64,000 nucleotides of DNA, taken from assembly GCA_951406725.2 (NCBI GenBank), contig OX597820.1:94116001-94180000 (forward strand). Direction: 5' to 3'. This stretch comes from Octopus vulgaris (taxonomy: Eukaryota). A model generated the notes under the pieces. That model was not told the DNA's origin. It saw only the letters and a program-made list of their open reading frames with translations, and ran no database searches. The translations under genes and the position numbers were made by a program. Below are positions 50,006 through 63,230 of this stretch, piece by piece; position 1 is the first letter of the stretch, and each line of letters begins with the position of its first letter.

Positions 50006-50250
50006 TAGTGTAATTCCGTGCCCAAATCAAAGTCGGATAAGTAATTGTATAAATACATACAGATAAATTAAGAAGTCCAAGCTGATGAGATAACACTTCA
50101 CAATAATCATGAATCCAATAAATAGATTCATATGAGGACTTCCTTTGGATTATTGTGAACTGTCATCTCATCAGCTTGGACTGCTTAATTTATCTGTGTG
50201 TATTTATGCAATTACTTATCCGACTTTGATTTGGACACGGAATTACATTA
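50006..50250. repeat. Inverted repeat with about 103-bp arms and a 39-bp spacer
   Basis: 50006-50108 is the reverse complement of 50148-50250 with few mismatches; flanked by (TA)n/(CA)n. Confidence 0.92.
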
Positions 50251-50265
50251 TTATATGTGTGTATG

Positions 50266-50322
<57 letters not shown>

Positions 50323-50348
50323 TGACACAACATTATAGATATAGATAT

Positions 50349-50750
50349 ATATTTCTTTATTGCCCACAAGGGGCTAAACATAGAGGGGACAAATAAGGAC
50401 AGACAAAGGGATTAAGTCGATTACATCGACCCCCAGTGCGAAACTGGTACTTTATCGACTCCGAAAGGATGAAAGGCAAAGTCGACCTCTGCGGAATTTG
50501 AACTCAGAACGTAACGACAGACGAAATACCTATTTCTTTACTACCCACAAGGGGCTAAACACAGAGAGGACAAACAAGGACAGACAAACGGATTAAGTCG
50601 AATTATATCGACCCCAGTGCGTAACTGGTACTTATTTAATCGACCCCGGAAGGATGAAAGACAAAGTCGACCTCGGCGGAATTTGAACTCAGAACGTAAC
50701 GACAGACGAAATACCGCTAAGCATTCGCCTGGCGCGCTAACGTGTCTGCC
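50349..50750 (-). mobile_element. Dimeric SINE family A
   Basis: Two units with the same junction as 23508-23932; flanks TA(T/C)AGATATAGATAT. Confidence 0.9.
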
Positions 50751-50774
50751 TATACAGATATAGATATCATTTAT

Positions 50775-51185
50775 TTTATTTTGCTTTAGTCATTTGACTA
50801 TGGCTATGCTAGATCATCGCCTTGAAGGGTTTTGGTCGAGCAAATTGACCCGAGGACTTATTGTTTGAAGCCTGGTACTTATTCTATCGGTCTCTTTTGG
50901 CGAACCGATACGTTATGTGGACGTTAACACACCAACACCAGTAATGCGAGGACAAATACACACACACACGCATATGCGTGTGTGTGTGTATGTATATATA
51001 TATATATATATATATATACACGGCAGGCTTCTTTCAGTTTCTCTCTACCAAATCCACTTGCAAGGCTTTGGTCGGCCCGTGGCTACAGTAGAAGACACTT
51101 GCCTAAGATGCCATGCAATAGGACTGAACCTGAAACCATGTGGTTAGAAAGCCAGCTTCTTACAACACAGCCACGCCAGCGCCTA
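50775..51185 (-). mobile_element. SINE family B
   Basis: Head CACAGCCACGCCAGCGCC, core and tail on +. Confidence 0.88.
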
Positions 51186-51553
51186 TTTATATGTTTCTTC
51201 ATTTCCTTCAAATTGTTGATTATATTATTTTCTATGTGTTTATATGTTGCTGTCGTTATAGAGACACAAATTTTACTGACCTATCTGGATCAACAGTAGT
51301 CAAGAATAGACATATGGGTGGGGGTGGTTCTTGCTCGTAAGCCTTCAGCATGAAAGAGATTTAATACACAATATTTAGTTGGTCGATATAATCAATCTTA
51401 GATTCATTAGATCATTAGGGACAAGAAAAAAGTACCATATTTATAAATTGTTAATGTGTGTTTTGTTTGCATTGGTTTGTGCACTTCTGCACACCGATCG
51501 TGGAGGATTATAAAAGGATAACGAATATTAATTCAGTTTTAAATGCACGCACG

Positions 51554-51615
<62 letters not shown>

Positions 51616-52589
51616 ACAGGGGACAAAGTAATAAAACACGTTAAGTACAATAGCGCTTAAGAGGAGTGTGTTAATAAGCTGAAGAGACTAACTGTACTAT
51701 ACACAACCCCGGCGGGTATATGACCTTATTGTGATACATTTTTAGCTCCATTCATATTTGTAATATAAACAATAAAGAGTGAAGGAAGTAGAGAAATAGA
51801 GACAGACAGACAGACAAACAGAGCCTAAATCATTTATGGAGCGTGACTGAAATTCGGGTTATTAGGCAGAGATTTAACTGATCTTAATTTCGGCAAACTT
51901 TTTCACCTGCCTTTGAGATGGCTAAGAGGTACTGGTAATAACCTCGTCTTTTGAAGCATTCGGTGATAAACAGTCTACCAATACAACTGATTCATAGAAA
52001 TACCAGTATACTTCTAATTTCATCCGTGAAAGACTTGAATTTTCTTTTTAAACCAGTAATGTACAAAAAAAAAAAAAAAATACACATCAGTCATAAAATT
52101 GTCTCAAATGTTCACATCAGTGAGCTGTATTTCTCCATAGTTCATATTTACAACTAGGAGAACTGAACCCAAACAACTTAATTATGTCTTTAACAAGGGA
52201 AAATATGAGTGATGATGATAGGATATGAATCATTCATGCTAACAACTCTTGCTTCCTCTCCGTCCACGTACTTTTATGCAGGCGTCGACTTTCAGATGTT
52301 CAACTAAACATCATACTATATTGATCTTACAAGTATCGGTGAGTCTACTCCTTCCTACATCCTTAAGAAAAAAAAAACTCTCTGGAAGACATACTGGCTC
52401 CAACAAAAGAATACTTACCATCGATTACTATATCACATTGATTATGTATAGTCTTTTCTTTATACTCATAGATTAGAAATATTTCACAAAGCAGAACAGT
52501 TCGGAATCAATCACCAAAAGAGACAGCTAACGTCATCGACAATCAAGGGAGATATTTTAAGAAAAGTGTATTTTAATATCTTGCATTTA

Positions 52590-52686
<97 letters not shown>

Positions 52687-53287
52687 ACACACACAGTAGA
52701 TTGTTTCAGACTCATATTTCCTTAAATCTAGGTTTAAAGACTTGAGACTCCACTACTCTACTTGAACAATAACTTGTATGACTGATTTGTAAGACGTCGT
52801 TTACCAATACTCACCAAATTCTCAGACGTGTTCTCTCCTTACGCTACATCTTCTAATGTTAATTTAGTGGTTTCTTCATCTCGGATCTTCCTAATTTCGG
52901 ACTACCTCCACACCTATCCACCTGTCTCCGTCCCCTCTTCAATCCTGTTGTATCCATCATCCCAAAGAATTGTACTAACTACTACGTTAAGTCCGCCTTC
53001 ACCAAAATGTTAATCCTCTAGAATTTTCCGTTCATGTTTTTTCTTAAAGCCGTCAAACTTGCAATTATTTAAAAAAAAACATTTTCTTCAAACTGCCTAG
53101 TCTTGGAGGATATGCAAAGGAAATGGCATAGCACCTTTCTCCAGACCCACTTTCGAATCGTTAGTTGAAACCTTGTTTCTTCCAACGCAGTATCACTTCT
53201 GAGAATGTCATACGTTCATAACTTCAAATACAGTTATTCCTTTTAATAAAATATAACAAGTTTCATATTTAACGTTTAGAAATGTAT

Positions 53288-53622
53288 CGGGCACTCCGTT
53301 GGTTACGACGACGAGTGTTCCAGTTGATCCAGTTGATCTGATCAATAGAACAGCCTGTTCGTAAAATTAACATGCAAGTGGCTGAGCATTCCACAGACAC
53401 GAGTACTTTTAACACAGTTTTCAGGGATATTCAGCATGACACAGAATGTGACAAGGCTGGCCCTTTGAAATACAGTTGCTACATATTTTCACCAACTGAA
53501 TGTACTGGAGCAACGTGAAATAAAGTGTCTTACTCAAGGACACACCACACCACCATGTATCGAACTCGCGACCAAACAATCTTGAACCAAATATCCTAAT
53601 CACTTAGCCATACGCCCCCACC
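53288..53622 (-). mobile_element. Chimeric SINE: family C head and centre with family D tail
   Basis: 53288-53475 matches 13178-13336; 53476-53622 matches the family C central module and head. Confidence 0.8.
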
Positions 53623-54757
53623 AGAAATTTATCTATTTCTAGTAGAATTTCTGGCAAGTAGAAATTTTTTTTTTAAATGCATTAACGATGAAGTGGAGGA
53701 CAATTGTAACACTTCCGAGAAAAACATTAAGCTCACAATTTCACATCCCACAATTCCTTTTAAAATAAAATAAAATAAAATAAAACATGATTATTGTTAA
53801 GAATTTATCTATTTTTAAATGAGTGTCTTTGAAGGAAGTATTTCCGAAATTCTCAAAAAGAAACTCTAAATATAAGGTCGGAGACAGGGGTGATTTTTTA
53901 GGATCACCATTGAAATGGTCATCCATGTGTTAATATCATCTCTTCTTTGTCATTATATTAATATTAGGTTATTTAAGCCACTCCAGTAGCAGAAAGTTTC
54001 TTTTGCAATTTAGCAGAAGCCAAAGCAATCGCAAGTTGAAAAGATTCTGATTAAGCGGCTAATTAAGTTAATTAGACTGAGATAATTAGCATCTGTGAAA
54101 ATACACACTCAGTACCAACAACAGATGAGCTAACACAGGAGATTCTACGTGCAAGAAATCGTAGCGAAATTCTTTGAAATTCCACTGTAACGTCTCAGTA
54201 ATGGGACGCAATGTACAGTGTAGAGTCTTTGGTCACGAGGCTGGAATGCCTTAACTCGTATGTGCATGAGCAATCAAAGCAGAGTTAGTAATACGTTATG
54301 TCTGAAATATATACTGGGATGTTCTCAGTTGGAATGGCTTTCGGCATAGATTTGTTAAATCAGGGTTGACTTGCGTCTAAACAATGACAATAGCATACAT
54401 ACGCACACAAAAGATATTTGCCAACAAGGTCAATGTATCAAACTTCCAGTGAAGCTTTCAACACATCTGCAAGTGATGTGTTAACCAAGTATAATACTAA
54501 GTCAATATACAGATAGTAGAAAGCAGAAATACAGCACTAACCGAGAAAAACGGAACCAACGTGTCTTTTTTGTAATTATAAATTTAAAATATAGTAAAGT
54601 ATAGTTACTTTCATTGCTTTCACTATCGAACGTTCTAGAGCCGATTTTCTATTGGTGACCCAATGTCAATCTGCGAAATCATAAATTTTTAAATACACCG
54701 GTCTTCATCTTGCTCTACATTTACACCATCTCTCCCACTGTATGTGTGCGTGTGTGA

Positions 54758-54791
<34 letters not shown>

Positions 54792-54898
54792 AAGGTTGGG
54801 ATAAAATTTAAGCATCTATATTTGGCTAACTCTGACCTGTTGCTCATACATCATTGGCCTGTCAGAAAATGAAAATGAAGCTCAATCGATACAGTAAC

Positions 54899-54930
<32 letters not shown>

Positions 54931-55304
54931 TATGGATATTTGGACGCGTGTATATCTCTTGTATATCTAAGTTTCTGTCCAACTACAGAAGCAGCAGGAT
55001 ACACAATTATATTCTCATACACACGTATACGCATTATGCATTGCGCGCGTGTGCGCGCGTGTACGTGCGTGTGTGTGTGAATGTAATTAGCAATGTATGA
55101 ATGTTTATATTCTTTACTTTCAAAATCCACTAATTGAGTAGTTTGAAGATTGAGAGACATTTCACAGACGTCTATAATTACCCACCACCCACACGAACCA
55201 ATCATAGTCTATGAGTCGCTAGAAACAGCGGTTAAATCTCACTCAGATTACACCCTGCAGACTTCAAAACAAAGGGTAAGATACATTGGATAATGCAGTC
55301 ATGG

Positions 55305-55733
55305 TGCAGGCGTGGCTGTGTGGTAAGAAGCTTGCTTCCCAATCATGTGATTCTGGGTTCAATGCCACTGCGTGTCACCTTGGGAAAGTGTCTTATATAG
55401 CCTCGGGTCGGCCAAAGCCCTGAGTGAATCTGATCGAAGAAAACTGAAAGAACTGTGTGTGTGTATGTGTGTGTGTGTGTGTGTATGTGAGAGTGTGTGT
55501 GTGTGTGTGTGTGTGCACGTGTTTGACGCCCACCATCGCTTGACAACTGGTGTTGGTGTGTTTACATCCCCGTAAGTTAGCTGTTCGGTAAAAGGACTGA
55601 TAAAGTACTAGACTGAAAAAATTTTTAATCCCGGGGTACTAAAATAAAAAACCTTTTTAGATTGACTAAAAATCCCTTCAAGACGGTGCCCCAGAATGGC
55701 TGCAGTCAAATGACTGAAGCAAGTAAAAGATAA
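55305..55733 (+). mobile_element. SINE family B nested in a family E copy (55215-55300 and 55735-55785)
   Basis: GCAGGCGTGGCTGTGTGGTAAG head; tail AAGCAAGTAAAAGATAA; family E sequence on both sides. Confidence 0.85.
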
Positions 55734-56656
55734 ACGGAAAGATGGTCGTGGCTAGAGTGTCTTTGATCATCGTAGGTCAGAACGGAACACATGTATGGAT
55801 ACCTTGGTTAATAAATTTCGGGATAGACTACATTCGAAAAAAAAAAGAGAAAAGGAAAAGACAAGTGACGGTATGATATCCTATTATATCTGAGACGTCT
55901 TATACAGAAGGTCTCTTCAATCAGAATCTTGAGCAATAACAGTACATCTCTTACTTGTAATGCTAACCCACTTTAAAGTGTTCTTCATTCATTGTATAAA
56001 TAAATATAACGCACCCTTGGAGTTCACATGTATGCGTACGTCTTTTACTATCACTATTAATTCAAAAGTACGCTGGGCAGTTATTCAATTGATTTAAAAC
56101 CAAAGCGAAACAAGTGTAGGACTAGCAACAACAACTACTACTACTGCTGCTGCAACAACAACAGCAATAGCTGTACTTGTGGTATTGATAAATCTTAGTT
56201 TGGCAACATGACATGGCAAACAAAATATATGGATATAGGCATATCTAGGTTTATGTATGATAAATAAATATAAATATATCGATGTTTACTCGAAAGCCGT
56301 CACTTAACTTTTCTTCCATCGTGTTAAAGCAATTAAACTTTCTACTATTACTGCTACTACTACAAGATTCGTGGTAGCTCTTCCTATCCCATTTTCTCGA
56401 AAAAATACTAAGACTGGCAGTTCTACGCACATGCATACACACACATACAGCTGCTGTTATCATTTGTATGTTTCTCTGCTGAAGATTATCATCATCGAAA
56501 GTCTGAGAAACTGCCCGAAAACGTAGAATTTTTCACTTTAAGAAACAAATATTCCTGTAACGTGGAATTTTTCAGAAATGTAATTCTTCCACAAACGTGA
56601 GGCATACCAATATTAGAATAATAGTCCAGTATTACACACACACACACTTATATATA

Positions 56657-56704
<48 letters not shown>

Positions 56705-58415
56705 AACGTAATCAGTATTGTAAGCGTTATAAAACGCACACGTATTTCAGTAAACTGATTGACCTTATTATGCAATGCAATTGACCAGATAGTGCATTAC
56801 AGTCAACTCACTTCTCTGGAATTCTCTTCGAAAAATACAAAGCTTAGTGTGATGCGTGCACTAATATATTCCAGCTCTGCAAATTATGTCCAGTGCCACT
56901 GGTATGGCAGAATAGAAGGTGAAAGAGTGTGAAGTAGTCGGGTGGTGTTAATAAAAGACAGATGGTGGGTGAGAGGAGGGTAGGAGTGGCTACGCCTCCT
57001 TTCCTTATATATTTGCTGAAAGACAAGGTAGATGTGTCTGTGTACGACTATGTGTCTGTGCACACGCGTGGATACATCGGAGCACGTCTGTGCGTATGCA
57101 TGTGAATGACTGTACGAGTGGATCCAGAGTAGATCACACACGCGTGGGAAGATGTGTGTGCGTGGATATGTGTAGGGAATGTGCGATAGACAGTCCGCTG
57201 CTGCGCTGGAATAACAAATCTGCTTATAAACCTACCATCTCAGGAAAAACATCTTCCGAAGCAGAAGATATTTCAACCTCCCGGTAATGTTGTAAAACAT
57301 GAATGTAAATCTGAATATTAGAAAGCCTGGCTGTGAGTGTAATAAGAATGTAATCAGATTTTTCTAAGCTACTGAAGAGAGCCTGAAGTCAGGCGGTTTC
57401 ACAGTTTGTTGATAGTTCCTTAGAGAAGGCGTGCCAAACTCCCTTGCACAATCAAAAGCATAAAGAAACTTATGTAAAGCAGTCCAAGATTTGGCTAGCA
57501 CATTAGTGGATAGCCTAATTTACATATTTGTGTCTTCGATGACTCCTCATCAATTAAATAATTTCTATTTAATGAACTACATAACGTAAATCAGAAGAGC
57601 TGGAATAAATGTAAGTATTAACAAAGCTTGCTGTGGTTATAAGTGTATATACACACTCTTTCTATGCTACTGATGTACAGAGAAAATTGAGGAGTTATGA
57701 CTGCCTTATATAGCAGCTGCCCTACGCTATTGATCGGGGAAAGAAACCGGGTACTTCTCCTTTGAAAAACGGTTAATACATCATGAGACGGGCTGTCACG
57801 AGACTCCATATTTTTTTTCTTTTCTCGCACATAAATAAGACTGAGTGTGTATACACTCTTATCACAACCACAGTGAGGCTTTCTAACGCTTCAGTATGAA
57901 AGAGGGGTGCTGTAGACTCACTACACAGTTTAAGTGTATTATTATCTAATGTAAGCATGTATATTTATTTACAACTTCTCTCTGTCGCTCTCATGAGTGG
58001 TGGGATGAGAGAAATTTATTGTGCGTATGTGTGCGTTCATGTGTGTGCTAAAAATAAAACGAAAGTAAATAAATATGGATTTTTTTTTTATATATGGAAG
58101 GATTATCAGATGAAAGCAAAGAGTGAGTATATTTATAACGAAGGTCCGATTAACGACAGATTAACATAATCGAATCAACCTTGCAGCAAAATAATTTTTG
58201 TCCGGAAATAATTTTTAAAACTTTATACTTTGTGAATGGTGAGAAGTATGTTAGAAATTAGGTTAGAATGTTATACAGGTCATTGGTAGAGATAGAGATA
58301 GAGAGAGTGGAGGAAAAATAAGAGTGACAGAAAAAGAGGCAGAGAGGAAGAGAAAAAAGTTGGTGAGAAAGAAAACTGGAACGAAAGAGAAAGCCAGTGA
58401 ACGGTCAGATTACAG

Positions 58416-58455
<40 letters not shown>

Positions 58456-58924
58456 TGTATATGTATAAAGGGAAATATTTAAGTTTGTTCTTAAATTTCA
58501 CAATTGCAAACAAAATTATAAAATCACAAAATGACTGTGAACTGAAAGTAGAGTCATCAAATAACAAAATCGATGTAATTAGACACTTGTTGGATTCCTT
58601 CCTTCTGAGAATGGGCTTTTGCGCCTGAAATATAAACATTTTTGCAAAGGGTTCCTTTATTTTCCTTTTCTGCTTCCTTACTACAATGCTTCAAGCAAAC
58701 TACAACTCTCTTATACACATGTATGTATGTATGTATGTATGCATGTATGCATGCGCGGTTGTAAACTAACAATAATCACACCTCGGATAATCCTCCTTGA
58801 CTAGGGTACTGACTAAGGTTGACAGTGTCTTTAAAGTTTCGGCTTCGTGACTACTTGTAAAAATTTGTATTCTATTAAAAAATATTGGATAATAATTCAC
58901 TTTAATTTTAAAATTCTTTTGATA

Positions 58925-59147
58925 TTCTTTTACTCTTTTACTTGTTTCAGTCATTTGACTGAGGCCATGCTGGAGCACCGCCTATAATCGAGCAACTCGA
59001 CCCCGGGACTTATTCTTTTTTTTGTAAGCCCAGTACTTATTCTATCGGTCTCTTTTGCCGAACCGCTAAGTAACGGGGACATAAACACACCAGCACCGGT
59101 TGTCAAGCAATGTTAGGGGGACAAACACACTCACAAAAACACACACA

Positions 59148-59185
<38 letters not shown>

Positions 59186-59351
59186 TACGACGGGCTTCTT
59201 TCAGTTTCTGTCTACCAAATCCTCTCACAAGGCTTTGGTTGGCCCGAGGCTATAGTAGAAGACACTTGCCCAAGGTGCCACGCAGTGAGACTGAACCCGG
59301 AACCATGTGGTTGGTAAACAAGCTACTTACCACACAGCCACTCCTGTGCCT
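58925..59351 (-). mobile_element. SINE family B, full length, near consensus
   Basis: Head, core, (TA)n and tail all present. Confidence 0.94.
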
Positions 59352-59631
59352 ATATATATATATATATATATAACTTCACATGAAAACAAACATTAATATA
59401 ATTATGTGTATGTATTTATGTATGTATGTATGTATGTATGTAAGAGAGAGTGAGAAAGAGGGAGCTAGGGAAAGAAGTAGGCTTCCAAGGTACACCAAGC
59501 GGATGCACTGGAATATGTCAGCAGTGATGTTTCTGGTTCCTTCAGCGCGTTTCAAGACTGTCATCATGAAATTCCCTCACCCTGTTGACACAGCTGGTGT
59601 TGATGAAGACGCAGCTTGCATCCGAGGATGG

Positions 59632-59633
<2 letters not shown>

Positions 59634-59664
<31 letters not shown>

Positions 59665-59775
59665 TGTATGTATGTATGTATGTATGTATGTATGTATGTA
59701 TGTATGTATGTATGTATGTGTGTATGTATGTATGTGTGTATGTATGTATGTGTGTGTATGTATATATGCGTGCAT
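59634..59775. repeat. (ATGT)n microsatellite
   Basis: Direct reading. Confidence 0.97.
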
Positions 59776-60248
59776 ATATATAATTAAGTATACTTAATTA
59801 TATATAAATGTGCAAACCCCATCAGTTTTTCAGTCAAGTTTCCTGAAGATCCTGAAGAGTCTGATTCAACCAAAATGATATAATATAAATAATATATGTA
59901 TATGCATATTTACAGACAGACAGATAGATACATAGATATACAACAGGCTTCTTTCAGTTTCCGTCTACTAAATCCATTCACACGGCTTTGGTCGACCCAA
60001 GGCTATAGTAGAAGACACTGGCCAAAGGTGTCACTCATAGATATACACGTAAGTATATACATGTAAGTATATATGTATGCATATACACACGCACACATTT
60101 AATCAAATGTCTTCTTAAATTTCAGAAACAAAATCATATCACAAAAATGACTGAATACTGAAAGTAGAGTCGTTATTTCTCATGTTATTAAAACGACTGT
60201 TACCAAAGTGTTTCGCCATCATACACTTTTCAAACGGGAAGGATCTGT

Positions 60249-60511
<263 letters not shown>

Positions 60512-61316
60512 GGGTGAGAGAGAGACTAGCACGGGTGGGAAAGTGAAGGCGGGTGAGGGAGATCGAGGAGAGAGAATGAGGAAAAAATAAAGAGAACAGG
60601 TAGCAGCACACCTGTTTAACGCACACTGTGAAGTCCTTTCGCAAGGTGATATTAGATGGGAGTGCCACACTCACACTGTTTCTTCTAGTTCTTCAGTGAA
60701 GAGTTTATATATATATATATATATATATATAATGTTTCAAAGTTTCACATAGAACAAAATCCCGATAAAGATAGCGACTATCAGATCTTAGCGCGTTTCG
60801 TCAAACTCTCGTATCATTTAAAGCCCCGTAATTAGACAATTTCCTCTCAAGAGGTTTATGTAACTTTGCCTGAAGTTAACGCTGAAACACTTAAAAGATA
60901 TCTAGACGCATTTTTCTCCAGCATAGCAGATCAGCTACCTGTAAAATGTCACAAACCAGAGTAGAAGAGCCCCCACCACCACCACTTCGGCATGCCACCA
61001 GTGAGAGGTATCATGTAAAGTACATTGATATACAAAAGAATGAAGAAATAAATACATCAAATAAATAAATCAGATACACACAGAGACGACACTAAATACA
61101 CAGCACGTTCAACTATGTATGCAATGCTCCATCACTGAGTACAATGTACTCGCAAAAACAAACTGAAGAGCACACACATATTATATATATATATATATTA
61201 CAGTGAGAGAAAGGGAGATGTAAGAAAAGGTAAGCAAATAAATAGATACCTAGACAGACAGTCAGGCAGACAGACAGATATGGTTACATAAGTTATTCTA
61301 CAGTAAATGATATATT

Positions 61317-61714
61317 CTTTCTATTCTAGAGGTACAAGGCCCGAAATTTTGAGGGAGGGGGTCAGTCGATGACATCGACCCCAGTACGCAACTGGTACTT
61401 ATTTAATCGACCCCGAAAGGAAGAAAGGCAAAGTCGACCTCGGCAGAATTTGAACTCAGAACGTAACGGCAGACGACATACCTATTTCTTTACTACCCTC
61501 AAGGGGCTAAACACAGAAGGGACAATCAAGGACAGACAAACGGATTAAGTCGATTATATCGACCCCAGTGCGTAACTGGTACTTATTTAATCGACCCCGA
61601 AAGGATGAAAGGCAAAGTCGACCTCGGCGGAATTTGAACTCAGAACGTAGCGGAAGACGAAATACCGCTAGGCATTTCGCCCGAGATGCTAACGATTCTG
61701 CCAGCCTCCAGATT
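61317..61714 (-). mobile_element. Dimeric SINE family A (long-tail unit plus short-tail unit)
   Basis: 18-bp TSD TACAGTAAATGATATATT (61299-61316, 61715-61732); same dimer junction at about 61481. Confidence 0.92.
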
Positions 61715-62767
61715 TACAGTAAATGATATATTGGACAGAAATGGTTTGGTAAGAAACACTGCGATTATTTTGCGAACGACACATGATATACTGAAACTAC
61801 ATATGAACAAACAGTTTCTCTGTGTTTGTTCTGTATCTCTCATTCCTTCTCTTGCTCTTTTTTCCCTTTCCTCCTCTTTCTCATTTGTGAAACCATACTG
61901 TGTAACAGATGGTAAAGCTAGGAGCTTCAAAATTACACTTGTTGAGTAGTAACATTACTGAACAAAAGGAAACATTTTTATAACAAATACACGGGCATAA
62001 ATATATATAAACATACACACACGCACGTACTATTTCTGTTTTGCTGCTAGAACTATCAACGTTCCAACATGCAACTAATAAATGCATGTTGCAAGCAAGC
62101 ACAACCGGAAGCAGTAAGGTAACTTGTTATTTCAATACCGGAAGTTGACTGCATTCCATTAAATAGCAAGTTGCAATGTAATTATCATTTTCAAATTACT
62201 TGGCTTTGAAATAGTTAATTGTTTATTCGGAAATACACATTTCAGAGTTCAAATCCTTACCGTTATCTACCGAAATAATAGCAATAGATTTTTTAAAAGC
62301 TTTTTTATTTACCATCAAGTACTGAGGTCGGAATAATGCCCTAAGATACCCTGATATGCTACTAACTTTTATAAATATAATCTAAGGCTTTAGAAAATCC
62401 ATATTAATGTTTGAGCGTCTTGAAAAATATATCATTCATAATATTTTTATGCAAAGATGGGATTCGTGAAAGGAAATCAGCAAAAGTTTTCAGAATCATT
62501 TTCCTAAATTTTTACCAGTTTCTAATATTCCATGCGAAGTGTACCGGTAATTTATACGTGATCTCCAGCGTGCCACGAATTTAAACAGATTGAGAAACAA
62601 TGTTCAACACGAAAATAGTAGTTACTGGTCCCCAGGTGCTTCTGAGAGTTATAGTTTCAATTATATATTCTGAGGAGCAGCAGCTGTCACTTTCTGACCG
62701 AGTTTACCTTCCTCGCCTGTGGCGTAGCAACCACCAGGATTCACAGAAGCGTGGAAGTTTCTAAGCA

Positions 62768-63230
62768 GTCACTCGACCTGCTAAAAATAACATTCAAGTC
62801 TCCCTCCACCTGCAACCCAGTCTTAAGAATAACAAAAAGCTTACTGGAGTATCTACTCATTAAAAAAAAAATGAAATGGTCCCAGCTGGAACGTTTTTGG
62901 TCATAGACCGGGACGATTAGCGATGATCAGTGCTGATGAACAAAGCACATAGAGAAACAAGGTGATCAGTGAAGTGTGTACAATAAACACAGGCTGAAAC
63001 ACTTTACAACAGGAAATTAATTATTACATATCGCCGACTATCTCGATCGACCTGCTAGAAATAGCAGCCAAAGCTCTCTCAAACGACATCCTGCTGTCTT
63101 AAAAAGACACGTAGGATAACGTGGGCCTGGGTACCTTACACACAGAAAAAAGATGGAATGACTACGACTGGAATACTTTTGATTATAATTCTACTGGATC
63201 GAGTTAAACTGGTGGTAAATAGCAAGAACA
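62768..63230 (+). mobile_element. Two family E repeat copies (62768-62945, 63045-63230)
   Basis: TCGACCTGCTA(A/G)AAATA.CA...TCTTAA...GG.ATG..CAGCTGGAA occurs twice. Confidence 0.65.

Noticed and set aside
50075-50180. CTGATGA in both arms of the hairpin as a hammerhead core
   Set aside because: No GAAA at the proper position (CAAAG / ATGAA instead) and no stem I.
57367-57410. CTGAAGA followed by a perfect GCCTGA/TCAGGC stem
   Set aside because: No GAAA or NUH site after stem II; at most a remnant.
59460-59630. GC-richer island between microsatellites as a possible exon
   Set aside because: No convincing splice-site pair or recognisable peptide; cannot be supported without RNA-seq.
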